Positions 18,328-27,222 of a stretch of DNA of 64,000 bases are shown here, one piece after another. Under the pieces are notes generated by a model. It saw only the letters and a list, made by a program, of their open reading frames with translations. It was not told where the DNA came from and ran no database searches. Positions within the stretch are counted from its first letter, which is position 1, and every line of letters starts with the position of its first letter. The DNA comes from a virus. The DNA lies in the IMG/VR virus record IMGVR_UViG_3300042887_001883, positions 10,198 through 74,197 of that record, one strand, 5' to 3'. The position numbers and the translations under genes are program-made.

Positions 18328-20910
18328 ATGCATAAATCATATAACCTTAAAAAATATAATGGTGATAATGCTCCTATTACACATATAGAAGATGTCACTG
18401 GTGTAGATACTTCTACCAGTCTAACCTTTTATGGTAAAAATTTTCAACATTACGGAAAAGGATTTAATGAAAATTTCTTACACCTAATGGAAAAATTTCG
18501 GTCTAATTCTGCATCAGCACCTACCAATCCCATGATGGGGCAAATGTGGTTTGATGATACATTAAAACAGATGATGGTATATAATGGTACTGTCTGGGAT
18601 ATCTTAATTACTGTATTACCACAACAATTAAATTGGTCTGGTAGTTTTACACAAGTAATATCTGGTAACAATTCATCATTCTCTGGTACCGTAATTGCGC
18701 AAGGTAGTAATTGTAAATTTAATACCATTATTACTCCTTTTGATTATACTATTACTAATTTATTACCAAATTTTACTCCAACAATTGCTGTAGATACAAC
18801 AACAAACCAAATCAGCATTACCTTATCGGGAAGTATTGTAAAAACTACACCATCATTTACTTTTAATATAGCTTTTAAGCAATCAGCCTTCACTAATGTT
18901 TATGATATTGTTGATTTATTATATAACCCAAAAGCTATAGCATTAAATTTTGCATCAGTTACTAATAATTTACCTGGTGGTGACGTTATTATTACTGGTA
19001 TACCAACTGTTGATGAAACACTAACAGCTTCTAATAATCTTACTGATGCTGATGGTATCGGGACGATATATTACCAATGGATGAAAAATGGAATTAATAT
19101 CAATAGTGCTACATATCCTAATTATACAGTAGCATCATCAGATGTTAGTTCTGTCATTACTGTAAAAGCCTTCTATACTGACGATTTAGGATTTTATAAT
19201 AGTAAAACTAGTGCTGGTGTTACTATTGCAGTACCATTAGTACCATCAGTAGCATTATCTATTGTCACCCCATTTATCGAAAAATCTACAAATGTTGGTG
19301 AATTTGAAGGTAAAATTAAAATTACCACTACTGATTGTACAATCAAGTCAATATATGATTATGCTACACAAATTGCAGCAGCATTTAATAATATTAAAGA
19401 TTCTAGTAATGGCCCAGCATCAATCGACCCAGTAGTTATAGTTAAAGATATTGCATCAACCAGTACCGAATTATTATTAACTATTACGGCAACATCTGAT
19501 ATTCATCAAACTAATCTTTCTGGTAATATAATCATAGATTCTTTGTTACTATCAGCTACCGTAGATTCTTCTCAATTGTTATTACCTATTACGATAACCA
19601 TGCGACCAGCATCGGTAGATATTGTGTGGGATAATACAAATATGCTTCAAGAGGAATTGAATTTAAATGATGGTACAATGACTGGACAATTATTGGTAAA
19701 TCTGCCTACCGATTTCACATTTGTTGCATCCCCATCAATAACTATGACACCGATAGCAGGATTAACACCAGTTATAACATTAAATACCGCAAAAACAGTA
19801 GGAACCATCACCTTAACTGGACAAGCTACTACTCACGATGTTGATTATACTAATATCACGTTTACCGTATTAGCTTCTGATATAACCACAACAACATTAG
19901 GCTCGATAACACCAGCATCATTAGCACACACTATTGATATCGGTATGACCGCACCAGTGTATAATGTTACCTGGGATAATTCAAATCCATTAATTGAAGA
20001 TATTTCTTTAAATGATGGAACCATTTCTGGACAATTGAAAGCAATATTACCAACAGGATTTACTTTTAATAGTGCTTTGGTGACTATGACACCCACTATA
20101 GCCGGTACCACAGTAGTACCAACATTAAATGTAGCAACCAATGAATTAACTATTACCTTAACCGGACAAGCAACTACTCATGATACCACATATTCTAATA
20201 TTACCTTCGATTTAGGGGTAACAAATACGTCTAATACCATACCAGGAACATTAGATGTTACTACTTTATCACATACTGTTGATATTACTATGTATCCTGT
20301 TCCTACTACAACTACTACCACTGTCGTACCAACTACAACTACCACTGTCGTACCAACTACAACTACTACTGTCGTACCAACTACTACCACAACAACAGTA
20401 GCACCAGTAATATTGAATTATAGTAGTATTAAATTAGGGGTTACTTGGGGTGGAGCAGTCGATTTAGATACTGTCGTCGCCGCATATGATTCATCTGGCA
20501 TTTGTACAAAAATGAAAACGGCAGTACACCCAGATGCTATTACCGGTGTGGTTTATGGTGGTGATGTTACAACAGGTGGTATAGAAGAATACTATAATAT
20601 TGATTTAACTGCCGTTACCGATGATAAATTAGTATTAGGTATTTTAGAATATACTGCTAACTCGTTTACATCTATGACTAGCTTAACAAGCCGAATAGTA
20701 GATAACAGTACCAGTACTAACATTGTTCAAACTATCATCCCAACCGTTACTAAGAGTGTATCAAATACTGCAAATACCACATATATTGTCGGAGTATTTA
20801 CAAAATCTGGTGGGAATTGGAGCTTCACCCCTTATCAAAAATTATTAAATTCACACAATGGTATCCATGCCATCTGGCCAGGAGACACGTTTGCATCATT
20901 AGGATTATAA
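18328..20910 (+). CDS. Long fibre protein: shared module, about five Ig-like domains, Thr linker, TerD-like domain
   Basis: Paralog of 17054-18325 with extra repeats (NDGTxxGQL...LTGQATTHD twice). Confidence 0.72.
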   Translation: MHKSYNLKKYNGDNAPITHIEDVTGVDTSTSLTFYGKNFQHYGKGFNENFLHLMEKFRSNSASAPTNPMMGQMWFDDTLKQMMVYNGTVWDILITVLPQQLNWSGSFTQVISGNNSSFSGTVIAQGSNCKFNTIITPFDYTITNLLPNFTPTIAVDTTTNQISITLSGSIVKTTPSFTFNIAFKQSAFTNVYDIVDLLYNPKAIALNFASVTNNLPGGDVIITGIPTVDETLTASNNLTDADGIGTIYYQWMKNGININSATYPNYTVASSDVSSVITVKAFYTDDLGFYNSKTSAGVTIAVPLVPSVALSIVTPFIEKSTNVGEFEGKIKITTTDCTIKSIYDYATQIAAAFNNIKDSSNGPASIDPVVIVKDIASTSTELLLTITATSDIHQTNLSGNIIIDSLLLSATVDSSQLLLPITITMRPASVDIVWDNTNMLQEELNLNDGTMTGQLLVNLPTDFTFVASPSITMTPIAGLTPVITLNTAKTVGTITLTGQATTHDVDYTNITFTVLASDITTTTLGSITPASLAHTIDIGMTAPVYNVTWDNSNPLIEDISLNDGTISGQLKAILPTGFTFNSALVTMTPTIAGTTVVPTLNVATNELTITLTGQATTHDTTYSNITFDLGVTNTSNTIPGTLDVTTLSHTVDITMYPVPTTTTTTVVPTTTTTVVPTTTTTVVPTTTTTTVAPVILNYSSIKLGVTWGGAVDLDTVVAAYDSSGICTKMKTAVHPDAITGVVYGGDVTTGGIEEYYNIDLTAVTDDKLVLGILEYTANSFTSMTSLTSRIVDNSTSTNIVQTIIPTVTKSVSNTANTTYIVGVFTKSGGNWSFTPYQKLLNSHNGIHAIWPGDTFASLGL

Positions 20911-21147
20911 TTATTCCCAATGGTCATCAATAACTTCTTCGTCTCTTGCTATAATATAAGTACGGTTATCGTGTTTCACACGATAACCTACATCATTTAA
21001 ATGGTCTTTAAAGAATTCATAAAATTTATTCTGAAAATGATAATCAATTTTATCATTTAATTCTTGTTCTGTTATTACTATCCCTTCGGGAGATATTATC
21101 AATAATTTTAAATATTTAGATAATATTTTGTAAAAATTTTGTTTCAT
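20911..21147 (-). CDS. Small hypothetical protein (early-type unit)
   Basis: AGGAGA SD and sigma70 promoter upstream. Confidence 0.7.
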   Translation of the reverse strand: MKQNFYKILSKYLKLLIISPEGIVITEQELNDKIDYHFQNKFYEFFKDHLNDVGYRVKHDNRTYIIARDEEVIDDHWE

Positions 21148-21173
21148 TTTTTCTCCTATATGTTATTATCAAA

Positions 21174-21202
21174 ATTATAATAAATATTGTATCTTCCGTC
21201 AA
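21174..21202 (-). promoter_or_regulatory. sigma70-like promoter TTGACG-N17-TATAAT, overlapping a + strand AATAAATA at 21179-21186
   Basis: Near-consensus boxes with 17-nt spacer. Confidence 0.75.
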
Positions 21203-21217
21203 GAAATTTCTTAATAT

Positions 21218-21742
21218 ATGTTACTAATAGAATTACATAATCCTAATGTACAGTCACTGATATATAAGGATATTCCACCAGAATTATACCATCTTTCTAA
21301 GGATGCTAATCTTAAAAAATTATCACCTAGAATACCTAAAGATGTTACAAATACTGAAAATCCATTTGAAGAAAATACCATTCCTAGAATATCATTTTCA
21401 GAATCTATCAATGGTTGCATTCTTGGCTTACAATTAAAAAAATCACAATTTGAAAAAGGTATTTGTCGATTCTATGTATATCAACCTATAATAATGGAAC
21501 ATACTCATTTAGTATCTAATGATAACATAAACAATAATAGATTAGTATTTGATTCTATGATAACCAAAGAATGGTGGGGATTGAATACAGTACATGTTAA
21601 AAAAATAGGAATTATTGAAGTACAAGAAAAACCTTTTAAAACAATAGAATTTACACCATTAAGAATTGGTGATAAGAAATTTTTAAAACCTAATGGTAAA
21701 TTAGATACCTTTCAATATGATTTCAAGTGGGTTAAACAATGA
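21218..21742 (+). CDS. Putative ADP-ribosyltransferase-fold protein
   Basis: LYHLS..LSPRIP..PRISFSESI..FYVY..DSMITKEWW resembles Arr-like ART strands. Confidence 0.45.
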   Translation: MLLIELHNPNVQSLIYKDIPPELYHLSKDANLKKLSPRIPKDVTNTENPFEENTIPRISFSESINGCILGLQLKKSQFEKGICRFYVYQPIIMEHTHLVSNDNINNNRLVFDSMITKEWWGLNTVHVKKIGIIEVQEKPFKTIEFTPLRIGDKKFLKPNGKLDTFQYDFKWVKQ

Positions 21743-22791
21743 AATTAGTAGAATTATTTGAAGCTAGAAAAAATCCAGAATTGAACCTAAGATTGTCAGC
21801 ATATGAACAATTATCCGATTATAAAAGTGACCCGCATGCCTATATTCATTTTTCAAATCAAAATAAATTGGGTATCAATCCTAATGAAAAAGTATATAAT
21901 GGTGAAAAGGTATCAGAAACACCATTAGGGATATATGCATACCCATTGAAAGAATCTTGGAAACATTATAAAGTAGACCATTCCCAATCCTTTATGGAAT
22001 TTCCACATTCTAAAAAGAAACCATTCATATTATTGTTTAAATATGATAAACCATTAGTAGATGTATCAAAATATAAAAATTTAGAAGAAGATACTGCAAA
22101 TTTACATGCAAAATATTCTCATCTTATTGATGTTGATGCAGCCTTAGAAAAAGCTAAACATGAAGTGTATAATCCAACACAGTTTCAAGTATTTTGGAGA
22201 TTAACCCATAATGTTGCTCAACAGTTACATCCAGAACATGTTTCACATCAATGGAATACCGTTCTAAGAGCATTAGGGTATGATGGTTTCCATGATAAGT
22301 ACGGTAAAGGATGGTTGCACCATAGTGAACCAATACAATCAGTATTATTAAAATACCAAAATATTGAAGTATTAGATATGGTTCTTAATAAAGATTATAG
22401 AAATCTAAAAACAGAATTGATGGATATTGATTCTCCTACAGAATTGGTAGAAGTTATTAAAGATAAAACAGTAAAAATTAGAAATGTATTAATATCTATA
22501 GACCATACATTAGTAACATACCTTCATAAATATCTACAACAAGTTAGTGATAGTGGTAGATTGATGCAATTTATTAATAATAGACCACCTACTGATATGA
22601 AATTATTATTATTAATATGGTTAAATGGTCATGCCAATATTAGCCATCAAGACCATCATATGATTGAACATATTAAAAAAACCTTCGATGCATCATCTGA
22701 TAAAATTTTAGCCTATGCTAAACATATTGCAAAAATTAAATGGAATGAGGATATTCTTGTCCATAATTTAGATTTATTAAAAACATTATGA
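21739..22791 (+). CDS. Putative ART-fold (ART-PolyVal-like) internal virion protein
   Basis: MKLVELFE leader; YIHFS..TPLGIYAYP..LGYDGF..HSEPIQSVLL. Confidence 0.45.
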   Translation: MKLVELFEARKNPELNLRLSAYEQLSDYKSDPHAYIHFSNQNKLGINPNEKVYNGEKVSETPLGIYAYPLKESWKHYKVDHSQSFMEFPHSKKKPFILLFKYDKPLVDVSKYKNLEEDTANLHAKYSHLIDVDAALEKAKHEVYNPTQFQVFWRLTHNVAQQLHPEHVSHQWNTVLRALGYDGFHDKYGKGWLHHSEPIQSVLLKYQNIEVLDMVLNKDYRNLKTELMDIDSPTELVEVIKDKTVKIRNVLISIDHTLVTYLHKYLQQVSDSGRLMQFINNRPPTDMKLLLLIWLNGHANISHQDHHMIEHIKKTFDASSDKILAYAKHIAKIKWNEDILVHNLDLLKTL

Positions 22792-22792
22792 T

Positions 22793-22819
22793 AAAACCCC
22801 TCCTTCGGAGGGGTTTTTT
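22793..22819. terminator. Bidirectional intrinsic terminator
   Basis: AAAACCCCTC-CTTCG-GAGGGGTTTT. Confidence 0.9.
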
Positions 22820-23213
22820 ATACCCTTTCAAATATTTTTACAAAGTATAAGGTATAAGGTAATTTTAAAAAGTATCCAATATTGAAATTATCATAATCAT
22901 AGAATCGTTCAACCACTTGTGTTATTAATGTATCCTCTACTATTCCTTCATATTCATAATGTTTTTCATATCCTTGAATAATAGTAATGTTTTTAGGTTC
23001 ATAATAAGACCATTCATCAAAGGTGTCACCATCAGGGTAATATTTTAACAAATCCGTTCTTGTTAATTTTTTAAAATCATCCTCATCATTGATGATAATT
23101 TTATCATAGGATAATATTTTTAATTCTGAAATATCACCATCCGATGCTGGGTAAGTAGAATAATATTTACCGTTGGATTGTGTATATATTTCATATAAAT
23201 TTATGTTTTTCAT
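22818..23213 (-). CDS. Hypothetical acidic Tyr-rich protein (early-type unit)
   Basis: Start reset to MKNINLYE at 23213 with AGGAG SD at 23221-23225; the longer ORF overlaps the next gene. Confidence 0.65.
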   Translation of the reverse strand: MKNINLYEIYTQSNGKYYSTYPASDGDISELKILSYDKIIINDEDDFKKLTRTDLLKYYPDGDTFDEWSYYEPKNITIIQGYEKHYEYEGIVEDTLITQVVERFYDYDNFNIGYFLKLPYTLYFVKIFERV

Positions 23214-23292
23214 ATATTTTCTCCTATTTGGAGACAATATCATATCATATTTTTCAAAAAAGTAAATAATATATTTAAAAGGAGAAACATTA

Positions 23293-23652
23293 ATGGCAAT
23301 TCGTAATCCTACCTCATTAGTAGTAAAATTCAATGCCGATTTACAATACGATATTGGTGGTGGTGGTAAAGTGAATTCAGTAGCATTATTATCAGATGAA
23401 ACTACGTTACCATTCAATTCTTATATACATGGTAGTTTAGATATTTCAAATGCTACTGCTGAAATCACATTAGGTAAGGCTACTACCGTAGTATTAATTG
23501 CTGATGATATTGTATCTGTGAACAATGATAATATGACAAATGCTATTGAGACCAAGTTATTTTCATATAGTGGAGCATTAGATACTTTCTACGTTTCCAC
23601 CACATCTACAACACCTGTCACTATTGAATATGTTTTAGGTACCAGCGATTAA
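23293..23652 (+). CDS. Small beta-rich putative virion structural protein
   Basis: Strong AAGGAG SD; precedes neck genes; Thr/Ser/Val-rich. Confidence 0.6.
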   Translation: MAIRNPTSLVVKFNADLQYDIGGGGKVNSVALLSDETTLPFNSYIHGSLDISNATAEITLGKATTVVLIADDIVSVNNDNMTNAIETKLFSYSGALDTFYVSTTSTTPVTIEYVLGTSD

Positions 23653-23670
23653 TCAACGGTTCCATTTTTT

Positions 23671-23678
23671 CATAAATA
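23671..23678 (+). promoter_or_regulatory. Late promoter CATAAATA embedded in an inverted repeat (23664-23704)
   Basis: 30 nt upstream of the neck gene ATG. Confidence 0.5.
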
Positions 23679-23708
23679 TTTATTTTTAATATCTATGAAA
23701 AAATACCT

Positions 23709-26492
23709 ATGATTAATTCACCATATAAAGATTCGCCTAACAGTTTAACGGATGATAGCAACCGTATAGACTTATCATTCAACAGAAATGGTACCACCGG
23801 TACCATTTCTTGGACTATTCCCCAGAATTTAGACAATCCTACGGCTCCGCCATTATATTATAATGGTATTTTATTACTATTAGATAATAAACCAATAACT
23901 ATTAAACCTATTAATCATCAAAAATATCAAGATGATAATACCGTAGATATTAGTAAACATGTTGGTGACCGTATTGGTGATTCATTAGTCATAGGTAGTT
24001 TCTATAATGATAAAACTACTAATTCTATTACCATTACCGATTTATCTGATAATGTAGATTATTATATTGCTGGTTTTGGTATTGATAATGTTACCAATTA
24101 TAGTGCCCCAATATTCTCATATCAGTTACCATTAAAATTAAACATTGATGCCAATAATACAGCAGGATATCATATTGTTAAATTAGGTGTTTTACCTGCA
24201 GATGTTATTGATATTGATACCAATTTATATGTTTATATCGATACTAAAGATTATACTTTACCCATTAACGCCACCACATATGCAGAATTAGTTGATAGCA
24301 TCAATACTAAAATAGCACAAGTGGATAATCCATATATTGGTAATGAACCTAAGAATAAAAATGGTTTATCTATATTAAACAATACCTTATATAAATTTGA
24401 TGGTATTAATGATATATCCCAAGAATGCTCTTTTGGGAATATTCCACCTAATCAAATATCTGATGGTACTTATTGGATTACGGATGATACCTTATCACAG
24501 TGGAATAATGGTTCTTGGAACGAATTAGATGTTATTAAATATAACAAACCTACATTAGATTTAGTAGATGGTGATTATTGGTATGATGGTACTAATGCTT
24601 ACCGATATGATGGATATATTTGGAAATCGGTTACCACCTATGAGGGAAAAGACCCTAGTTTAACCAAAACATTGAAAAATAATGCTATTTGGTATAACGG
24701 TACTAAATTTTCCAAATATTCTAAAGATAAATGTAATGTCATCTGGAAAGATATTGATTTCTTCTATAATGAAAATAATCCATTAACATTCCTAAATGGT
24801 TATTATTGGTTAAAAGATAATAAAATTTATCAATTAACTAATAAAAAATGGGTTTTGACAGATATTATTACTGGTACTAAGCCTGTTACTAGTGTCACCA
24901 AAAATTGGTATGATGGTAAAAATGTTTACCAATATAACACGTTAACAGCAGTATGGGACTTATTACCAATTTCTGTTATTACCTTTAAATATGATGTTAC
25001 TATCGGTGATGAATGGTATTGGTATGATGGTAAAAAATTATATACGTATGATAAGTTAAACACCCAATGGGTCAGTATTTCATTCACGACTAATAGTGAA
25101 GACCCTACCCTATCAAAAGTCAAAAAAGGTGATGCTTGGTTTGACACCTCTTTGAAAATTTGGGATGGTACCCAATGGCAAGCCATTGATTATATTGATA
25201 ATTCTGCAGAACCAAAATTAGAAAGTGGTGTGTATTATCAAAATACCATAAATAAGCTGTATAAGCTGTATAATGGATTGTCATGGATTGACTTACAGGG
25301 ATGTAACCTATCCTATGACCCAACTACTCTATTGCCTGGTCAATACTGGTTTACTACCTCAACAAATACATTATCTGTCTGGAATGGTATTAGCTGGCAA
25401 TCCTTAATGTATTCTACATCATCACTAAAACCTAATCTAAATGATTTATGGTTTAACACCACTACAAAAAAATTATTAAAATTCAATAAATCTTGGGAAG
25501 AAATTCTACCTAAGGCTATCTGTACTTTAGAAAATGGTGATATTAAAATTTCTAGTACCTCGGTAGGTAGTACCTCTATCCTATATATGCTAGATACTTT
25601 TGAAAATAATTCTAATCTTTTCCACTATACCTCACCCAGAGGACAATATCAAGAACCTGTTAAAGGTACTGATAGTATTAAATCAGAACCATTATATAAA
25701 CAAGTCGGTGTAGGTACAGATGGTTCATATGATGAAAGACGTAATACTATTGATAATATTATGAGATTATTAGGATACCCCTCAGTATCAGTAGAATTAG
25801 ATAAATCTCAATTAGAATTAGCCGTGGACTTAGGTCTATCATCATTTAGAAAATTATCTGGTAGTGCTTATGAACGTGCCCTATTTTTCTTAGATTTAAA
25901 AAACAATGTTCAACAATATTATTTAACGGATGCTACTATTGGTTATAATAAGATTGTGGATGTACAAGCTGTTTATCGTAGAAATAGTTCATATATGAGT
26001 TCAGCCAGTGGTAATGGTATCTATGCTCAACAATTATTACAATGGATGTATAATCCTACAATGGGTTTTGATTTAACATCATATCATATTGTCAGTGAAT
26101 ATACTGAATTGATGGATACTTTATTTGCTACTAGAATTGTTAGTAGATTTAATGAACGTTCAAGAAGATTGGATGTCTATCAAAATGTTGGTGGTGTTGA
26201 AAGAGTTATATTAGATACAACCATCGAACGTACAGAAAATGAATTATTGGTAGATAGAATAGCAGGAACATGGATATTACATTGGAGTCTTGGGGAAGCA
26301 TGTTTAATGCTTGCCAATATTCGTGGAAAATATTCAAATGTTCCAGGTGCAGGAGGTTCAGTTAGTCTCAATAGTGGGGATTTAGTGGCAAGAGCCAATG
26401 ACTTGTTTGAAAAATGCCGTTACGATATTGATAATTTCATTGCTAATGAGCCTGAAAATATCGGGTTAGAATCAACCATCGTTTGGGGTTAA
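23709..26492 (+). CDS. gp13: Neck protein gp13-like with ~640-aa Trp-rich N-terminal extension
   Basis: C-terminus RLLGYPSVSVELDKSQLELAVD..LANIRGKYSNVPGAGGSVSLNSGDL; repeated G(D/Y)xW..WxG.xW units. Confidence 0.75.
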   Translation: MINSPYKDSPNSLTDDSNRIDLSFNRNGTTGTISWTIPQNLDNPTAPPLYYNGILLLLDNKPITIKPINHQKYQDDNTVDISKHVGDRIGDSLVIGSFYNDKTTNSITITDLSDNVDYYIAGFGIDNVTNYSAPIFSYQLPLKLNIDANNTAGYHIVKLGVLPADVIDIDTNLYVYIDTKDYTLPINATTYAELVDSINTKIAQVDNPYIGNEPKNKNGLSILNNTLYKFDGINDISQECSFGNIPPNQISDGTYWITDDTLSQWNNGSWNELDVIKYNKPTLDLVDGDYWYDGTNAYRYDGYIWKSVTTYEGKDPSLTKTLKNNAIWYNGTKFSKYSKDKCNVIWKDIDFFYNENNPLTFLNGYYWLKDNKIYQLTNKKWVLTDIITGTKPVTSVTKNWYDGKNVYQYNTLTAVWDLLPISVITFKYDVTIGDEWYWYDGKKLYTYDKLNTQWVSISFTTNSEDPTLSKVKKGDAWFDTSLKIWDGTQWQAIDYIDNSAEPKLESGVYYQNTINKLYKLYNGLSWIDLQGCNLSYDPTTLLPGQYWFTTSTNTLSVWNGISWQSLMYSTSSLKPNLNDLWFNTTTKKLLKFNKSWEEILPKAICTLENGDIKISSTSVGSTSILYMLDTFENNSNLFHYTSPRGQYQEPVKGTDSIKSEPLYKQVGVGTDGSYDERRNTIDNIMRLLGYPSVSVELDKSQLELAVDLGLSSFRKLSGSAYERALFFLDLKNNVQQYYLTDATIGYNKIVDVQAVYRRNSSYMSSASGNGIYAQQLLQWMYNPTMGFDLTSYHIVSEYTELMDTLFATRIVSRFNERSRRLDVYQNVGGVERVILDTTIERTENELLVDRIAGTWILHWSLGEACLMLANIRGKYSNVPGAGGSVSLNSGDLVARANDLFEKCRYDIDNFIANEPENIGLESTIVWG

Positions 26493-26494
26493 TA

Positions 26495-27220
26495 ATGGAA
26501 TATTTCTATAGTCAACAGTTTAAAAGAAATATTATCCAATTCATGGAAATCTTCCGTGGGATAATTGTAAAGACTGGAAAATCGTCCGATGGAACAATAA
26601 AAGATATTATTGTTCCCATAAGATATGGTAGTATGGATAGGGTAGCTGAATCCATAGCTGCAAATAACACCCAGAACCTCCCTACCAGGCTTCCTATCAT
26701 GGCGGCATACCTTAGTACCATATCGATGGCTTCAGACCGTTACAAGGGCATAGACACCATTAAAACGATGGCTTATACTCCTCGTGGTGGAGTATTCCCA
26801 GATGATACCAAAACTGTCAACCAAGTTATGCCAATGCCGTTCAAATTATCACTAGATTTACACATATATTCTAGTAATATGGAACAACAATTACAAATAT
26901 TAGAACAAATTCTATTATTGTTTAATCCTTCTATTCAAATCCAAACTTCTAATGCCCTTTATGATGGTGGTAGAATTACTAATGTTGAATTAGTAGGTAT
27001 CAATAATGATGAAAACTATCCTATGGGTACTGACCGTAGAATGGTTATGCATACTTTGAATTTTGATATGATTTTATATTTAACAGCCCCTGCAAAGCTA
27101 AGAGATAATCTTATTAAACAAATTAATATCAGAATTTCAGAATTAGATGTTACCAATACTGATATAATCTCTACCGATTTAGACGATATTATGTTATCTA
27201 TTAATGATGTAATAGGATAA
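26495..27220 (+). CDS. gp15: Tail terminator/sheath stabiliser gp15-like
   Basis: YFYSQQFKR..F, VPIRYG, PMPFKL, QILEQILLLFNP; start reset to 26495. Confidence 0.85.
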   Translation: MEYFYSQQFKRNIIQFMEIFRGIIVKTGKSSDGTIKDIIVPIRYGSMDRVAESIAANNTQNLPTRLPIMAAYLSTISMASDRYKGIDTIKTMAYTPRGGVFPDDTKTVNQVMPMPFKLSLDLHIYSSNMEQQLQILEQILLLFNPSIQIQTSNALYDGGRITNVELVGINNDENYPMGTDRRMVMHTLNFDMILYLTAPAKLRDNLIKQINIRISELDVTNTDIISTDLDDIMLSINDVIG

Positions 27221-27222
27221 TT

